From Octopus vulgaris (taxonomy: Eukaryota), in contig OX597817.1 of NCBI GenBank assembly GCA_951406725.2, positions 59,830,001 through 59,894,000 on the forward strand: DNA of 64,000 nt, given 5' to 3'. Position 1 is the first letter of the stretch, and every line of letters begins with the position of its first letter. The translations under genes and the position numbers were made by a program. This document shows, in pieces, positions 1-14,045 of this stretch. The notes under the pieces were generated by a model. That model searched no databases. It was not told where the DNA came from and saw only the letters and a list, made by a program, of their open reading frames with translations.

Positions 1-750
1 TTGCGTGACACCAGGGTGTGTTTACATGCCAATTTGCATGATACCAGTATCTGCCATGACTGTGATTCTGCTTGGCTTGATAGGTCTTCTTCTCGAGCAT
101 GACATAATGTCAAAGGTCTTGATCATTGCCTCTGTATATAAGAATTGGGAGGGATGAGAGATGAATGCATATTCTACTTGCGTGTGTGTGTGTGCGTGCG
201 TGTGTGTATGATATGGTGTTTTTATGCCTTTTTTTTCAAAAGAGAGAATTTTTCTCCACAGTAAATGCAGTGAATTCTGTGTTTTACAAATCCTATTAAA
301 TTTTCATTATTGAATATTAGGAATTAAAGAAATTAAAATATTTGGTGCATTGTAGAATTATAAGCAAGTTATTGCTCCTAAATTTTAACATCAAAATCTT
401 ATATGAACCTCTAAAGGTTGCATGGACCTCTGAGAATCATATGCCCCTCCCCGCTTCCAAGGATCGTATGGACCCTAGATGAGAACCAATGGGTTTCACA
501 GTTTCTTTGAAAGTATTTGGGTTTGATTCCACTGCTTTTTAGGCAAGTGTCTGCTGCTCCTGTCACAGACTGATCAATGGTGTGTGAGAATATTTGTTAG
601 ATGGTAACTGTGCAGAAGCCTATTCTGTGTGTGTTTGGTAAGAAGTTTGCCTCCCAGCCACATGGTTCTGAGTTCAGTCTTGTTGTCTTGGTAAGTGTCT
701 TGAGCTGACCAATGCCTTGTGAGTAACTTTGGTAGATGGAAACTAGAAGA

Positions 751-800
<50 letters not shown>

Positions 801-1083
801 ATAGGATTAGCTCGTATACGAGTAGGTATATATTTGTAAAAAATGAAGTTCGAAAATGCTGCTGTATTATACAATTTTTAATTTTTATATATACATTATA
901 ACATGTTTCAGTTCCTGAAATGAACCTTATCAAAAAAAGTTATATATAAAAAGAGACAGCTCATGCCGTCAAACACAAGAAATTCATTTATAATACACAA
1001 CGGAGTCAGACATCTTAGAGTTCATGTATAGTTGATATATAGTTTGAAGTATATTTCAAAGTGTTCGATGCAGTGGCCCACGG

Positions 1084-1354
1084 AGGCTGCAATAGGCAGT
1101 ATATAGGCCATACAAAAAATAGCTTACGTAACAGGATGGCGGTGCATAAATCACAAATTAGAAACCCTGATTACCGCAAAATACCGGTCAGCGGACACAT
1201 AGATAGATGTGCTGGAAATGTAAATCCGAAATTTACAACTAACCCGCTCTATAAATTCAGTGACAACGCAACCTTCACACAACGCCAAAATAAAGAACTA
1301 TATTTCATAAAAAAATTTAGACCAAGTTTAAACACCCTGGGCCAGGAATACTAA
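1084..1354 (+). pseudogene. C-terminal GIY-YIG endonuclease fragment of the Penelope-like element
   Basis: GCNRQYIGHTKNSLRNRMAVHKSQIR...VSGHIDRC...KELYFIKKFRPSLN has the YIG, R-x3-H, H, catalytic E and terminal LN motifs of PLE GIY-YIG domains. The GIY half is lost at the inversion junction. Confidence 0.9.
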
Positions 1355-1519
1355 AACAAAAGATAAGTCCTCCGAAAAGGAGAACCAAATTTCACCACGG
1401 CCGCTACTTCAGACACTCACTCTGACGGAAATATGCCTTAGTAAAAAAAGGGAAAAAAATTCTTTCGTGCAAATCTGACCCTGATACATACGATACAGCT
1501 AAGGGTCAGACCCGATTCT

Positions 1520-1900
1520 GATTGGTCAACAAGTTGATGACGTCTAGCTCTGCTAGAATGGACAGGATACAAACAGGGGACAGTCATTAGTCAGAATACT
1601 GATGACGTCCTTTTCTGCTTGAATAGTCACCTAACAAGTACAGACAGGGGACAGATCTAATGTAGCTATAAGTCGTGATTGGGCAGAATCTGAATGACAT
1701 CCCGCTATGCTTGACTAACGAAGCGACTGGTCAAGACAGGAAACAAACAAGAGGGAGTTATAATGCAGCGATTGGTCAAAATAATGATGACGTCCCGTTC
1801 CACTTGATTAAAGCCACCTAACGAAACGATTGGTCAAAACATTGATGACGTCACGCTACGCTAGATTGACCACCTAACAGGCATTATAAAACCAAGCATT
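1520..1900 (+). promoter_or_regulatory. Putative Pol II promoter in the PLE 3' region: five CCAAT(reverse)-CRE modules followed by a TATA box
   Basis: GATTGG or a variant at 1520, 1585, 1677, 1770 and 1828, each followed 15 nt later by TGATGACGTC or a variant (1535, 1600, 1692, 1785, 1843). TATAAAA at 1885-1891. Function is inferred. Confidence 0.6.
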
Positions 1901-2213
1901 TCACAAAAAATCACTAGAACCACCCAGCGAACTTCCACCATGGGTCATCACAATTGCTTAAGGTAAAAATGAATTCCTCGCTCTTTCGGAAACATCAATC
2001 TTCTGTATTGACCGCTTTCCACCACTTTGATCTGTTTTTTGTATTGAATACGTATCGCCACCGTGGGCCACTGCATCGAACACTTTGAAATATACTTCAA
2101 ACTATATATCAACTATACATGAACTATATATCAACTATACATGAACTCTAAGATGTCTGACTCCGTTGTGTATTATAAATGAATTTCTTGTGTTTGACGG
2201 CATGAGCTGTCTC

Positions 2214-2285
2214 TTTTTATATATAACTTTTTTTGATAAGGTTCATTTCAGGAACTGAAACATGTTATAATGTATATATAAAAAT
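2214..2285 (+). ncRNA. Minimal type-I hammerhead ribozyme motif with U3-A8 variant core (mirror copy on - strand at about 881-952)
   Basis: Core UUGAUAA at 2233-2239, stem II GGUUC/GAACU, GAAA at 2257-2260, palindromic stem III AACAUGUU with a GUU cleavage triplet, and a long imperfect AU-rich stem I. It lies in the PLE terminal repeat, where hammerheads are known to occur. Confidence 0.62.
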
Positions 2286-5200
2286 TAAAAATTGTATAAT
2301 ACAGCAGCATTTTCGAACTTCATTTTTTACAAATATATATATATATATATATATATAATGTGTATGTGTGTGTCTTTGTGTTTGTTCCCATCCCTCTACT
2401 TAATGGATGTGTTGGTTTGTAGCTTAGTGTTTCAGCAAAAAAAACACCAACAAAAAGAACTGATAAATAAATAGTCCTGAAGACAATTTGTTCATCTAAA
2501 ACCCTTTCAAGGTGGTGCCCCAGCATGGCTACAGTCCAGTGATTAAAACAAGAAAAAGATTATACCAAGCTTGGTGTTGTGCCTAGGTTTCCCTCTCCTC
2601 CTCCTTCTTTGTTGGATAACCAAAGTTGGCACTATAATCTAACCCTGACAAAATCCCACAACACACAGGTTGTGTTGAACTTACAACCCAGTGGCCAACT
2701 CTATAAAAAACTTGTTTAGAAAGTAAGTATTTATAACTGCAAGCTGTAGGAGCACTGTGTAACTGATGAATATCTTGTTAGCTTCAAGTGGGTGGGGGGG
2801 ATTTTGTCGATTTCCCTGTCATAGAATTTAATACTTCACCTACTCTTTGATAGACATCTTTTCTCAGGATCTTGTAACTCTCCAGAACTCTTAGTTGATG
2901 CTAAATAAAATATACTTTTTTCCCCAAAGTATGTCTAACATGAATTTGGGAAGTGTCTAACATATCATGTCTTTTATGCCGTCAGTTATGCTTTGTAATT
3001 AACTAATTAACTGTGTAATTAGCATGTTCTTTCTAAGCATCTATTTTTTTGTGTTGATTGATGTTGCTAGCAGACACAATTGTTAATTCTAGTGATGGAT
3101 CAGGACACCGAGTCAGAACTGTGTAATGTATTTTATGGGTAGGACTAAGCTTTTTGGAGTAGGAAAGGCATTCATCTGTAAAAAAGCCATGCCTTAATAA
3201 TAGAGCTGATGCTAGCATGGAAATGCAGCTTTAAAACAAATGTTTCTAACATTGGCACAAGGCCAGAAATTTGGGGAGGGAAGTTGGTCAATTACAAAAG
3301 GTGAAAGGCAGCATTAATGGTGGCAGGGTTTGAACTCAGAATGTAAAGAGCTGAAACAACTATTACCAGAATCAGGAGACTAAGTCAGTGGTGTATTTTA
3401 CTGGGTAGAAAATAAATTGATGGCTGTCGGATGGTAATAAGCTGCTCAGTTTTGAAGCAGAAACCAAATTTGTTAGTATCAGGAAAGCTCAAGTAAGAAC
3501 AGCCAGTACAAGCTCAACCATCATCATCATCATCATTTAGCATCCATTGTCCATGCTGGCATGGGTTGGGCGGTCTGACCAGGGCTGGCAAACTGAGGGG
3601 CTGCACCAGACTCCAGTCTGATTTGGGATGGTTTCTACAGCTGGATGCCCATCCTAACTCCAACCGCTCCGAGAATGTAAAGGATGCTCTTACATGCCAC
3701 CGGCACAGGTGCCATTTGCATGACCCCAGTATCTGCCGTGCCTGTAATTTCACTTGGCTTGGTGGGTCTTCTTCTCGAGCCCAACTGCATATTGCCAAAG
3801 GTCTTGGTTATATGTCTTTGTCTCTGTGAGACCCAACGCTTGAAAGCTGCTTTTTACGTGGCACTGGCACAAGTGTCAGTTATGTGACACTGACATCAGA
3901 CACATTGCCTCTGTGAGGCTCAATGTTCAACAGATGCTTTTTGTGTACCGTCTGCATGGGTGCCAGACGTCTCTGTGAGGCCCAACACTCGTATGGTGCT
4001 TTTTAGGGTGCCAGGCACGCGACACCAACATCAACCACATTGCCTCCAAAAAGAGAAAAAAAATAACTGAAATAACTTCTCTGAGTAGGAGTATGGTGCA
4101 TCAAAAATGTGTGGAATCTAGAATTGTGTTTGGTCATCCAAAAATTGACCAATCTGAAAGGAAATGCAGAATTTTTTGCAACAGTTATAGAATTGGCAAA
4201 TAGTTTAACATATTATGTCGGGTTTTATTGATGGATTACTTTTTGGTTAAGATTTATTTGCAGTCTGTGTAGAGATATTATAAGAATTCCTCACAGCAAT
4301 GTTTTCTATTTCAACAAAAAATATTCTCTTCAATAAATGACATCTGGTATATTTCTTGTAGAAATCAGTTTCTTTTGGTGTCTCTTTGGAATGGAAATGG
4401 AAATATATTGTTTAAATAAATTCCATTTGTAAATGTCGTTCAAATATTCTTACGAAATGTTTTTAGAAGACTTATTAATATTGGTACAAACAAAACAAAC
4501 AAAAAAAGCCCATAAAAAACCTGATTAATAGTCCACAAAAATTTTTTCATAGGTTCTTTGTTATTTGGGCTTATTAGATGTGTCTGTTCTTTCTTCATTT
4601 TCTAAGAGAACTTCATAGAAAATAACAGGAAACTATTTCAAACTGTCTTCAATAATTACATGAAGATCTGGTGTTTGTTGGTAATCTAATAGTTACAGAG
4701 TTAACCTCTAACACCATCTTGGGAATGAATTTGATAGATGTGTCTGTTTCTCAATTTAGAAAAAAAAAACCAAAACAACAATACTTCTTGCTTCTCATGT
4801 TGAAACACCTGGCTGAATAAAACAAAACAAAAGAACAGATGACACGTGGTTATTATTGAGATAAGTTGAATACCAGGTGAGAAGTGTGATTTCTGGTATG
4901 TCAATTAGAGAGGCTTCCAGTTGGTTAGAATTTCAGGCTTAGAAAATTTTGTAACTTTCTTTTATTATTAATTTCCATTAATGATAAATGTGTTTTTAAT
5001 CATTATGCAAAACTACATCAGTGTGGAGAATTTGAAAAATAATTTTGACAGTGTGAAGGAAACTGAAGATCTGATTCAGTCAATTCTAGTTCTTGGCAGG
5101 AACATCATTTTATTAAATCTGAAAGAAAGGTAAATTAATCTCATTAGAATTCAGACTCAGAATACAAAGAGCTGGGGTACATATATTTCCTCTTTCTCTT

Positions 5201-5843
5201 GAACTCTGGGACTCATTTGGCTGGTTCCTTAGTTTCCATGCTGTATGTCTGACCAAGATCACAAGAATAGAGAGTGCTAGTCTGTTGTAAAGTTTAAGGC
5301 CAACAATTTTGAGGAGAATTGGGGGTGAGTCAACCCTCCTCCTCTCCCCAGCACCTGACTGGTATGTTATCAGTCCCAAAGGGATGAGAGGCAAAGTTGA
5401 CCTGGGCATGATTTGAACTCAGAATGTAAAAGCAGGAAGAACTGCCACTGAGCCCTAACAGATCTCTCAACAATAATGATGCTTTCAAATTTTGGCAAAG
5501 GCAAGCAATTTTTTATGGTGAGGTGAGGGGTTAGTTGAATGCATTGCACCCCAGTGCTCCACTGGTACTTTGTCAACCCTGAAATGATGAGAGGCAAAGT
5601 TGAGTTGATATTGGCAGCATTTGAACTCAGAATAGAAGGATCTAGAAGTTCTGCCAAGCATTTTGTCTGATGTGCTAATGGTGCTGCCAGCTGACTGCTT
5701 TGATAAGAATAATCATTCTGATTTAGGCACAAGGCCTGCAATTTTGAGAGGACATGGAAGTCAATTACATTGGACCCTGGTGGTCAGCTAGTGGTTATTT
5801 TTATGACCCTTGAAAAGATCAAAGTTGACCTCTGCAGTAATAA

Positions 5844-5882
<39 letters not shown>

Positions 5883-8800
5883 GTTCAGTAACAGCATTAA
5901 AAAAAACAAACAAGAAGGTAACACTGATGTGTCTACTAAAGTTCCTCGTTGCCATTTGCCTGTCTGGAAAAACTATGGCTGAGCACCCCTGGAATCCCTG
6001 TAGAGTGCAAACTTGGGCTGAGTAACATCTTGCAGCTTTGAGCTTGGTCTGTAGACGCACTGAATTAAATAAGTTAAACTATTCCTTTGTGATAGTTAAT
6101 GATAAAACATTAAATGAACAGCTGTTGTCATGGTGAACAGTGCACTTCCATTCATTAAATAAATACCATCCAATGGCGAACGTATTGGATCGAGACATCC
6201 TGCCTACTCAAAAGTCTGGTTCTCTGTAGAATAGTGTCATGCTTCATCCTAGGGTATGCCCTGGCACCTCTTCATCACCACTTTCTTACTCTACCGACTG
6301 GAGTGTCCATGTGTCTCTTCTACTGCAAGACACCTATTCTGCCCTTGTCTCACACTTTAGCCTCTCACCACGAAACTACCTTGCTTAATACAATACCCTT
6401 CTCAGTTGAGGGGGTATCATCTTGTGAGTTACTTGGTGATCTTACTTGTGCCAGTGCCACAGAAGAAAAGCACTCTGTATCCTCTGAAAGGTGGTTGGTG
6501 TTAGGAAAAGCATCCAGTTGTAGAAACCATGCCAAACAGACACAGGAGCTTGATGCAGTCCCCTGGCTTCCCAGCTCCCATTGAAATGTCCTCCAGCCCA
6601 TGCCAGCACAGAAAACGGACAATAAATAACAATGTTACAGTTACTGCCTCAGAAAAATCAAATTTTCTATTTTTAAAATAGTGCAGTTCTTTTCTTCTAA
6701 ATTTGCCTCGTAATTAAACAACTGATCATTTTCCAGCCATAGATTGCATTCTAAATATTCTTCAGAGCCATCTATTTATCTATCAATATATCTGTTTTCA
6801 ATTTTATTGATTTACATATCTAGTCGGTTGCTTCATAGTCATAACTTATATTTCTACAATAATTGATTTGGCTGTCACACACCATTCATTCATAGTTGTC
6901 TTTTAAATCTGATGCCTGTTTGTGGTTTATTTTAACATGAAGACAGTAGCCATGGTGAAACAGAGAGTTGGGCATCAAATGTCTGCAATTTCTTCTTGAT
7001 CATAGGTTTAACCAAGAGATAGAATCTATTTCAACCTTGTGGGTTCATGAGTATAGAAGAGCTTAAACCTCTCCTTACGATGTTTCTATCAAGATACATT
7101 GCTTTTATTTCATAGTTTTGAAAATGATGAACAATTGGCTTAAGAGACACCCTTAATATAATGTTAAATCTTGGTATAAGATATTTTTTCTTCATAGTTT
7201 TAGCTTTGTCCTATGTATGTGTCACATCCCAGTTTTTTTTTTTTTGGAGGTGGGGTTCCAGTTAAAACCAAATATATAGAACGGTGCTACTTTATATGAG
7301 TGCCATATAAAACACACCATTCAAGTGTGGTTGATGCCAGTGCCACCCGACTAGCTCCAATCCCAGTGGCACCTAAAAAGCACTATTCGAACATGGTCAA
7401 TGCCAGTGCCACTTAACTGGTTCCCATGCCAGTGGCACCTAAAAAGCACTATTTGAATATGGTTGATGCCAGTGCTGCCGGACTGGCTCTCATGCCGGTG
7501 GCACCTAAAAAGCACCCATCTGGTGCAGCCTCTTGGCTTGCCAGTCCTCAGTCAAGCTGTCCAACCCATGACAACATGGAAAACAAACATTAAACGATGA
7601 TGATGTTTCATTATTAAGATGGTGTTCCTTGTTTCAATTTATTTCGAAAATAATGAAGAAATTAGTAAAATAACTTTGTTGTTAATTAAGCTGGTGTTTG
7701 GAACATAAATGAACCTGAAATTTTGATGGAAGACGGTTTTAATTTCGGTCACTTTAAAACAAGAAACTTGTATCACCAGAGTGGTGTTAGATGAGTTGGT
7801 TTTGGTGACTGAGAGTACAAGACTTGCCCCTGAATAAGATGCCAGTCCATCACAGGGTTAACCTCCATTTATCACTGGTACTCGTTTCCAGCAGAATGGA
7901 TTGGTGCATGAAATGAAGTGGCTTGCTCAAGGAAGCAATGTGCTGTCTGGCCCCAGATTTAAACCTATGACCTAACACTTGTTAATCTCAATACCCGAAC
8001 CAGTAGGCCACACCTAGTGAATGATGAAAGCATTAATGAATGATGAGCAATAATGACCCCAAGAGAGGGGAAAATGGGTGCAGTGACAATCATGCCTCTC
8101 CCACGAGGAACAGGGGTTGTTGCTTATGCCTGCTGTAAAAACATCTGCACATTAAATGAGTCATTGTGGAAACAGGTGCCTTACTTGGAAACAATTAAGG
8201 GTCTATGACAGGAAAGGCACCTAGCTGCAGAATACTATTGCTTTAACAAATTACGGTTAACCTAAGCCAACATTGAAATCTCAGATATAAAAATGATGAT
8301 TAGAAAATTACTATTTTAAAATTTCACGAGAGATATTCAGCCACAGTACTTTGTAGTAAACATTGTTTGTCAACATAACATGGCAATCCTGGTTTAAGGA
8401 ATTTGGCAGCGCCACCTCTAGCCAAACAATTATTCTGTGCTTTTGAAGGGAAATATCCTGGAAATCACAATACACAGATATTGTTTTGAGCTGAGTGGGG
8501 GTGCTAGATTCCTTTCTTTGAAAATATAAGGACACAGATCGTGTCGTATAGCCAGCTGGAGACGATGTCTCCTGGGGCTAAATTACAGCAACATTTGTCC
8601 TAAACCAGGACTGCCATTCTATGTTGGCAGACAGTCTTTACTATAAAAATGATGATGATACACACACATAGATACATGCACATGCACACAGATGTAGTCA
8701 CGCACACACAGACACACACTAGCATGACGATGAGGGTTATAGGTTACTCAGGAAAAGGATGAAGAAAGAAGAAAAAAAAGAATCTCACATATCTGTATTT

Positions 8801-10790
8801 GATGTATCTTTAGGTTTTCTTCACTGCAGACATTTTGGTATTGGCATCAATCAATATTGGCTATAAATTCTCATTCTGTTTGCCAGAAGACCGATGACTA
8901 TTTTGCCCACATCATAAACTGCTCTCGAATTTATGGAGCCTTCATTAGGAGATTCTTGCAATTAATGGCTTTTTTGTTTTTCTCTGACAGGTTTTTTTTT
9001 TATTGCTGCTGTAGTATTTTGTTTAGCCAGAAATATATAAAAAGATAACTTTGTTTGTGAGACATTTGTCTAGTCATTTGATGAAAGAAATAAAGAAACT
9101 TTACATTGTGTGTGTGTGTGTGTGTGGTTTCATCTAAATTGTTTGGCTGTTTTGTTAGTGAGGCTGTATCAGTGCGGTAAGGAGGGGAGGAGATGAAGTC
9201 GGCAATATATTGTCATCACATTATGTTGTATTATGTTATAACTGTAGTTAATGGACATGTCTACCAGTCTGATTAATTTATTGAGAGTGGACAATGGTGA
9301 TGCAATTCTTTCTTTGAGAAATTCAAACAAGTCTTGAAGCTAGACTTGCTGTGTTTTATTTTATTCTGTTTTATTGGAGATTATGGCTGCTTTTTTAATA
9401 GTGTCACTTTATCAATGCTCAAAGTGTTTCCACATATATATAGGTATCTATATATCATACTTGATGTATATACACTGTTGAGAGGCCAGTCAGTGTGATG
9501 CTTGTCTTGAGATAATGTCTCCTTCTTTGGAACATGCTGTGTTGAAAACAATAAATATCAGAAAGACAGTAAATCACCCCAGCAGCTGTCAGTTATTTGC
9601 AACATCAGCGAATGGTGTATAAAACCATTTCCTAATTTTGAAGTGATGAATTCTTGACTGAGCATGTGGGTATGTGCCATTGAAAGGGCCCAAAGAGGCT
9701 GAAATGCATCTGGTGTCCTCACTGGCTGATAGGGACAAATTCTTGTCTTTCCCTGATATTTATTGTGGTGCAGCAAGTCTATGAGAGAAGACATCTTAAC
9801 ACAAACCCTGCAGTAATTGGTCAGTCAACATCTGTACACATTGTGATTCGTGGATGGCTGTTTTAATTCAATACTGCCTCAGTTGCATATACTGGAGATG
9901 TATGTGTGTGTACACATACATAATAATTATGATCATCGTGTTAATGTCTGCATGGAAGATTGCAAATGGATGCCACTGCTTATATGAGGCTGATGATATT
10001 TATATAGAAGTAGCATTGTATTCCCAAGACAATGAGACACCAACACACAAATGTGTGTGCAGGTATGAAAATTGTTCAAATAAGAGAAACAAAGTGAGAG
10101 AATAGATGTTTTGTTTGATAATCCATTTATATATCATCATCATCTTCATCGTTTAACATCTGTTTTCTATACTGACATGGTCGGGATGGTTTGACCAGAG
10201 CTGGCCAGCCCGGGAGCTGCACCAGATGTAAATTGCCTGTTTTAGCATGGTTTTGATGGCTTGATGCCTTTCTTAATGCCAACCACTTTACAGATTACAC
10301 TGGGCGCTTTCTATGTGACATCCTCAACTTTCCCCAACTAGTTTCGGCTGGATTGTTTGACCCTCTGATTAGCTGCAGAGCTGCTGCACCATTTCCCAAT
10401 ATCGTTTTTGTCACAGTTTCTATCCCCGAGCGCTCTTCCCAATGCCAACTACATATATGCGATGGGCTTCTTCACTTCCTGTCGACCTGTACGGGTCAGA
10501 TGGAATGTGTTGGGGGCAGATTTTCTATGGCAGTTGGCAGCCTCTACCTGTTTCCATGGCCTTTTCGTTCTATCACTTGTTTCAGACACTAGACTGTAGC
10601 CATGCTGGAGCAACACTTTGAAAGGTTTTAGTTGAACAAAAATTGATCAGAGTCCTTAGGTTTTTTACTAATTCTGCTACTTATTTTTTCAGTCTCTTTT
10701 ACTGAATTTTTAAGCTAAGTTATGAGACATAAACAAACCAACACTGGTTGTCAAGTATTGGTGGGGGACAAACACTAACACAAAGACACG

Positions 10791-11150
10791 AGACCTATTG
10801 AGTCAAGTACATCAACATCAAAATAAATATCAAATGGAAATTGTAGTTGTGATATCTGTGCCGGTGGCACGTAAAAGAACCATCCGAACGTGGCCGATGC
10901 CTGTGCCGGTGGCACATTAAAAGCACCAACCGATCGTGACCGATGCCAGCCTCCCCTGGCACCTGTGCCTGTGGCACATAAAAAGCACCCACTACACTCA
11001 CGTAGTGGTCAGCATTAGGAAGGGCATCCAGCTGTAGAAACTCTGCCAGATCAAGACTGGAGCCTGGTGCAGCCTCCTGGCTTCCCAGACCCCAGTCGAA
11101 CCGTCCAACCCATGCTAGCATGGAAAACGGACGTTAAACGATGATGATGA
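10791..11150 (+). mobile_element. RTE 3'-end element (further copies: + at about 7300-7605, 14652-15006, 19497-19838, 47030-47393; - at about 3517-4047, 45178-45460, 58243-58500)
   Basis: Shared array motif, ggaagggcatccagctgtagaaac block, catgccagcatg hairpin and gttaaacgatgatgat tail. Confidence 0.85.
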
Positions 11151-14003
11151 TTGTCTTCTACACAGTTTTCATCTAGCAAACCCACTTACAGGGTTTGGGG
11201 CTGTAGTAAAAGACACTTGCCCGAGGTGTTGTGTAGTGGGATTGAACTCCCAAACTACATGGTTGTGGAGCAAGCCCCTTAACCCCACGACCACCCTATG
11301 CGGGTATGTTTTCATCAAATGATGACAACCAGGGTAGCAGAGTGGGTAAGGCTTTGTAGGACTCCACCTGTTGCCTTCGTTTCCAGTTGTAGCTATTTAC
11401 CTTGTGGTGTTCGTGCTCGTGGGAAAGGCATGAATGACACAGCTTCCGCAACTCATCAATAAATATCTCTGATTGCAAAAGGTTAAGCAATTGACTTTGC
11501 TTATTGCACCGGTGCACAATGCAAATAAATATTGAGCTTATTTATATATTTTATTATTTTTTTTTTGTAATTTGTTTCAATTTTATTTTAACCAGCTGTT
11601 ATTTAGTCTGTGTGTGTGTGCATCCACATGTGCATGTGTGTATGTTTGTATGTGCATATATGTGCGATGCATATTGCATGTATATGCATCCACATATCCA
11701 CGTGTGTGTAAGTGTATATATTTATGTGTGTATGTATATATTTGTATGTGCATCCACATGTGTGTGTGTGCATTGGTGTTAGTAACATATTCTCAGTGAA
11801 TTACTCCTCAATGATACCAATTACAGCTTCTAGATACCCACCTCCTCACACACACCCACACACGAACATTAATGGAAATCATTTAAAAAAAGATCATTAA
11901 AGTTAAACACAAAACCAAATGTACAAAAATGTCATGACTACTAATTTAAACTAAAAACTCTGCACTTTTTTATCCCCCCCACACATTTTCTTCGTTTTTT
12001 TTATTTTTAGTTCTTCATTGAAATAGTGTTGTTCTAAATTATTTTGTTCCAGAAAAACATATTTCTGTATTTTGTTTGTGTTTTACTTTCACCAGCTTTT
12101 ACTCCTCTCTCTCTCCTCTCTCTTTCTCTCTCTCCCTCTCTCTCTCCCTTTAATTTCTATAAAATTCTTCCTCTGCCATAAATACAGTCTTGAAATGAAA
12201 ATGTATTATATATTTTCTCACATTAATCTGAGTTGCATCCATCCAGTCATCCATCTATCTATCCATTCCTGAAACGGTTGTGGGAGTAGAACCCTTAGAT
12301 CCCTCTGCCATAGGTCCACTCAGAAGCAACAGTCGCAACACTTTCTGGCTGGGTTCCCAAGCATAACAAACCGAGTCTGTCATCAAACCTTTCATTCTAG
12401 ACTGACCCTCAGGTCTCCTGTTCGTTGGCTCAGCTTGAAGAATCTGTCTTGCATTCTTTTCCGATAACATTCTCATTGCATATCTGTTTTACTGAAACTG
12501 TGACCTCTCAGTGCAGACAGAGACCTAGAGAGACTCCACTAATCTCGGAGCCATGCACCTTTCACAGACCCCACCCCCACCCAGGGGAACCCTATTTCAG
12601 TTGTTTCTATTCACAATTGTGTTTTTTCAGTCATTAACCAGCATTTATGCCAATGTTGGGTAATGGTACAACAGTTCATATAAATAGACATGGCTGTGTG
12701 GTTGAGAAACTTGTTTCGGAACCACATAGTTTGAAGTTCACTCCCGCCACATGGATATTGTTGATCAGTAGAGGACACTGGAAGACACTGTCCATGCAGT
12801 GGACAGGGACTGTGCTTGACCAATACCTTGTGAATGAAATTTGTGAGATGGAAACTGTAAGAAGCCCAGCATGTATAAATATATGTGTATGATAGGTGCA
12901 GATGTAGCTGTGTGATAAGAAGTTTGCTTTCCAGCCACCATGTGGTTTCAGATTCAGTTCCATTACGTGACACCTTGGGCAAGTTTCTTCTCCTATAGCC
13001 ATTGGCTAAGCAAAGCTTTGTGAGTTGATTTGATTCATTGTGTGTGTGTGTGTGTGTGTGTGTGTAGACTTAGTAGCCTATGACTTTTTCGCTATTCTTC
13101 AATCTCCTGGTCAAGTCATCTAAATGCATTGAATCAAAGATTTTAGTATGAAAGTTAATTTCTAAACGGGAAATCTTTCATGCCATGTGTGCTTGTCTCT
13201 GTGTATTTTTGTGTGACTCTATGTGTGTGTGTGTGTGTGTGTGTATGTCTCCTTTCCTTGAGATGACATGGTAGTTGCAAACATCACAATTATTTCCAAT
13301 CTTCTGTGGAAACCCATCTGGTCATGGGGGAATATTACGTGACTTGGAAACAGGTGAGGGTTGGCAGTCAGATAGGCATCTGGCCATAGAATATCTTCCT
13401 CAGCAAATTGCATCCGACCTATGCAAGCATTACATTAAAATATGTTGTGTGTATGATTGAGTCTGTATTCATCTTGTCGTCACATGTGTGCATTCCTGAT
13501 TGCATGTCTGCATTGTGTGCATTTTTGATTGCACGTGTGCACTGGTTGCATGCAATCTTCCTCTGAGCATGTCTCAACTTATTCACTGTGCAATAGAATG
13601 GACTTACTTGGAATCGGGTGAATGTCGGCATAGAGTATCTGGTCATAGAAAATTTTGATTCGGTGAAGACTCGTTTTGATCCGTGGCTGCATGGAAAGCT
13701 AAATGTTGAAACAATGGCTTTGATGATAACCTGACTTGGTGAAGAATTGGATGTGATTCTTAAGACTGATTTCTATACACTGAAGGAGGATTACATTGGA
13801 TGTCAAGTGGGGACTTAAATATGTGGTGAAGAAATGGTTTCAGATTCAGCCCCAGTGTAGCATCTTGGGCAAGTTTCATGGAATGTTACAAATTACATTG
13901 TTTTATAATTGAGGTATTGTTTTTTTAATATATCCTCCAATTTGAAATAGCATTTAAAATTGAATGATAACTTTTCTAAATATAAGCAAAAATTTCTGCT
14001 TGT

Positions 14004-14045
<42 letters not shown>

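Larger units (their letters stand above)
827..2338 (+). mobile_element. 5'-truncated Penelope-like element with an inverted pseudo-LTR copy, inserted in a (TA)n tract
   Basis: 827-1083 is the near-perfect reverse complement of 2061-2338, apart from a 22-bp tandem duplication in the right arm. Between them lie a GIY-YIG coding end and a repeat-rich 3' region. (TA)n flanks both sides. Confidence 0.88.

Noticed and set aside
2761-2800. CTGATGA at 2763
   Set aside because: No stem II or GAAA downstream; likely a chance match.
5810-6025. ORF with a signal-peptide-like hydrophobic run
   Set aside because: The Leu run comes from a (TTA)n microsatellite; there is no homology or convincing splice structure.
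11500-11525. tattgcac (miR-92 seed) within the palindrome gcaccggtgc
   Set aside because: The 3' part does not match miR-92 and there is no complementary precursor arm.
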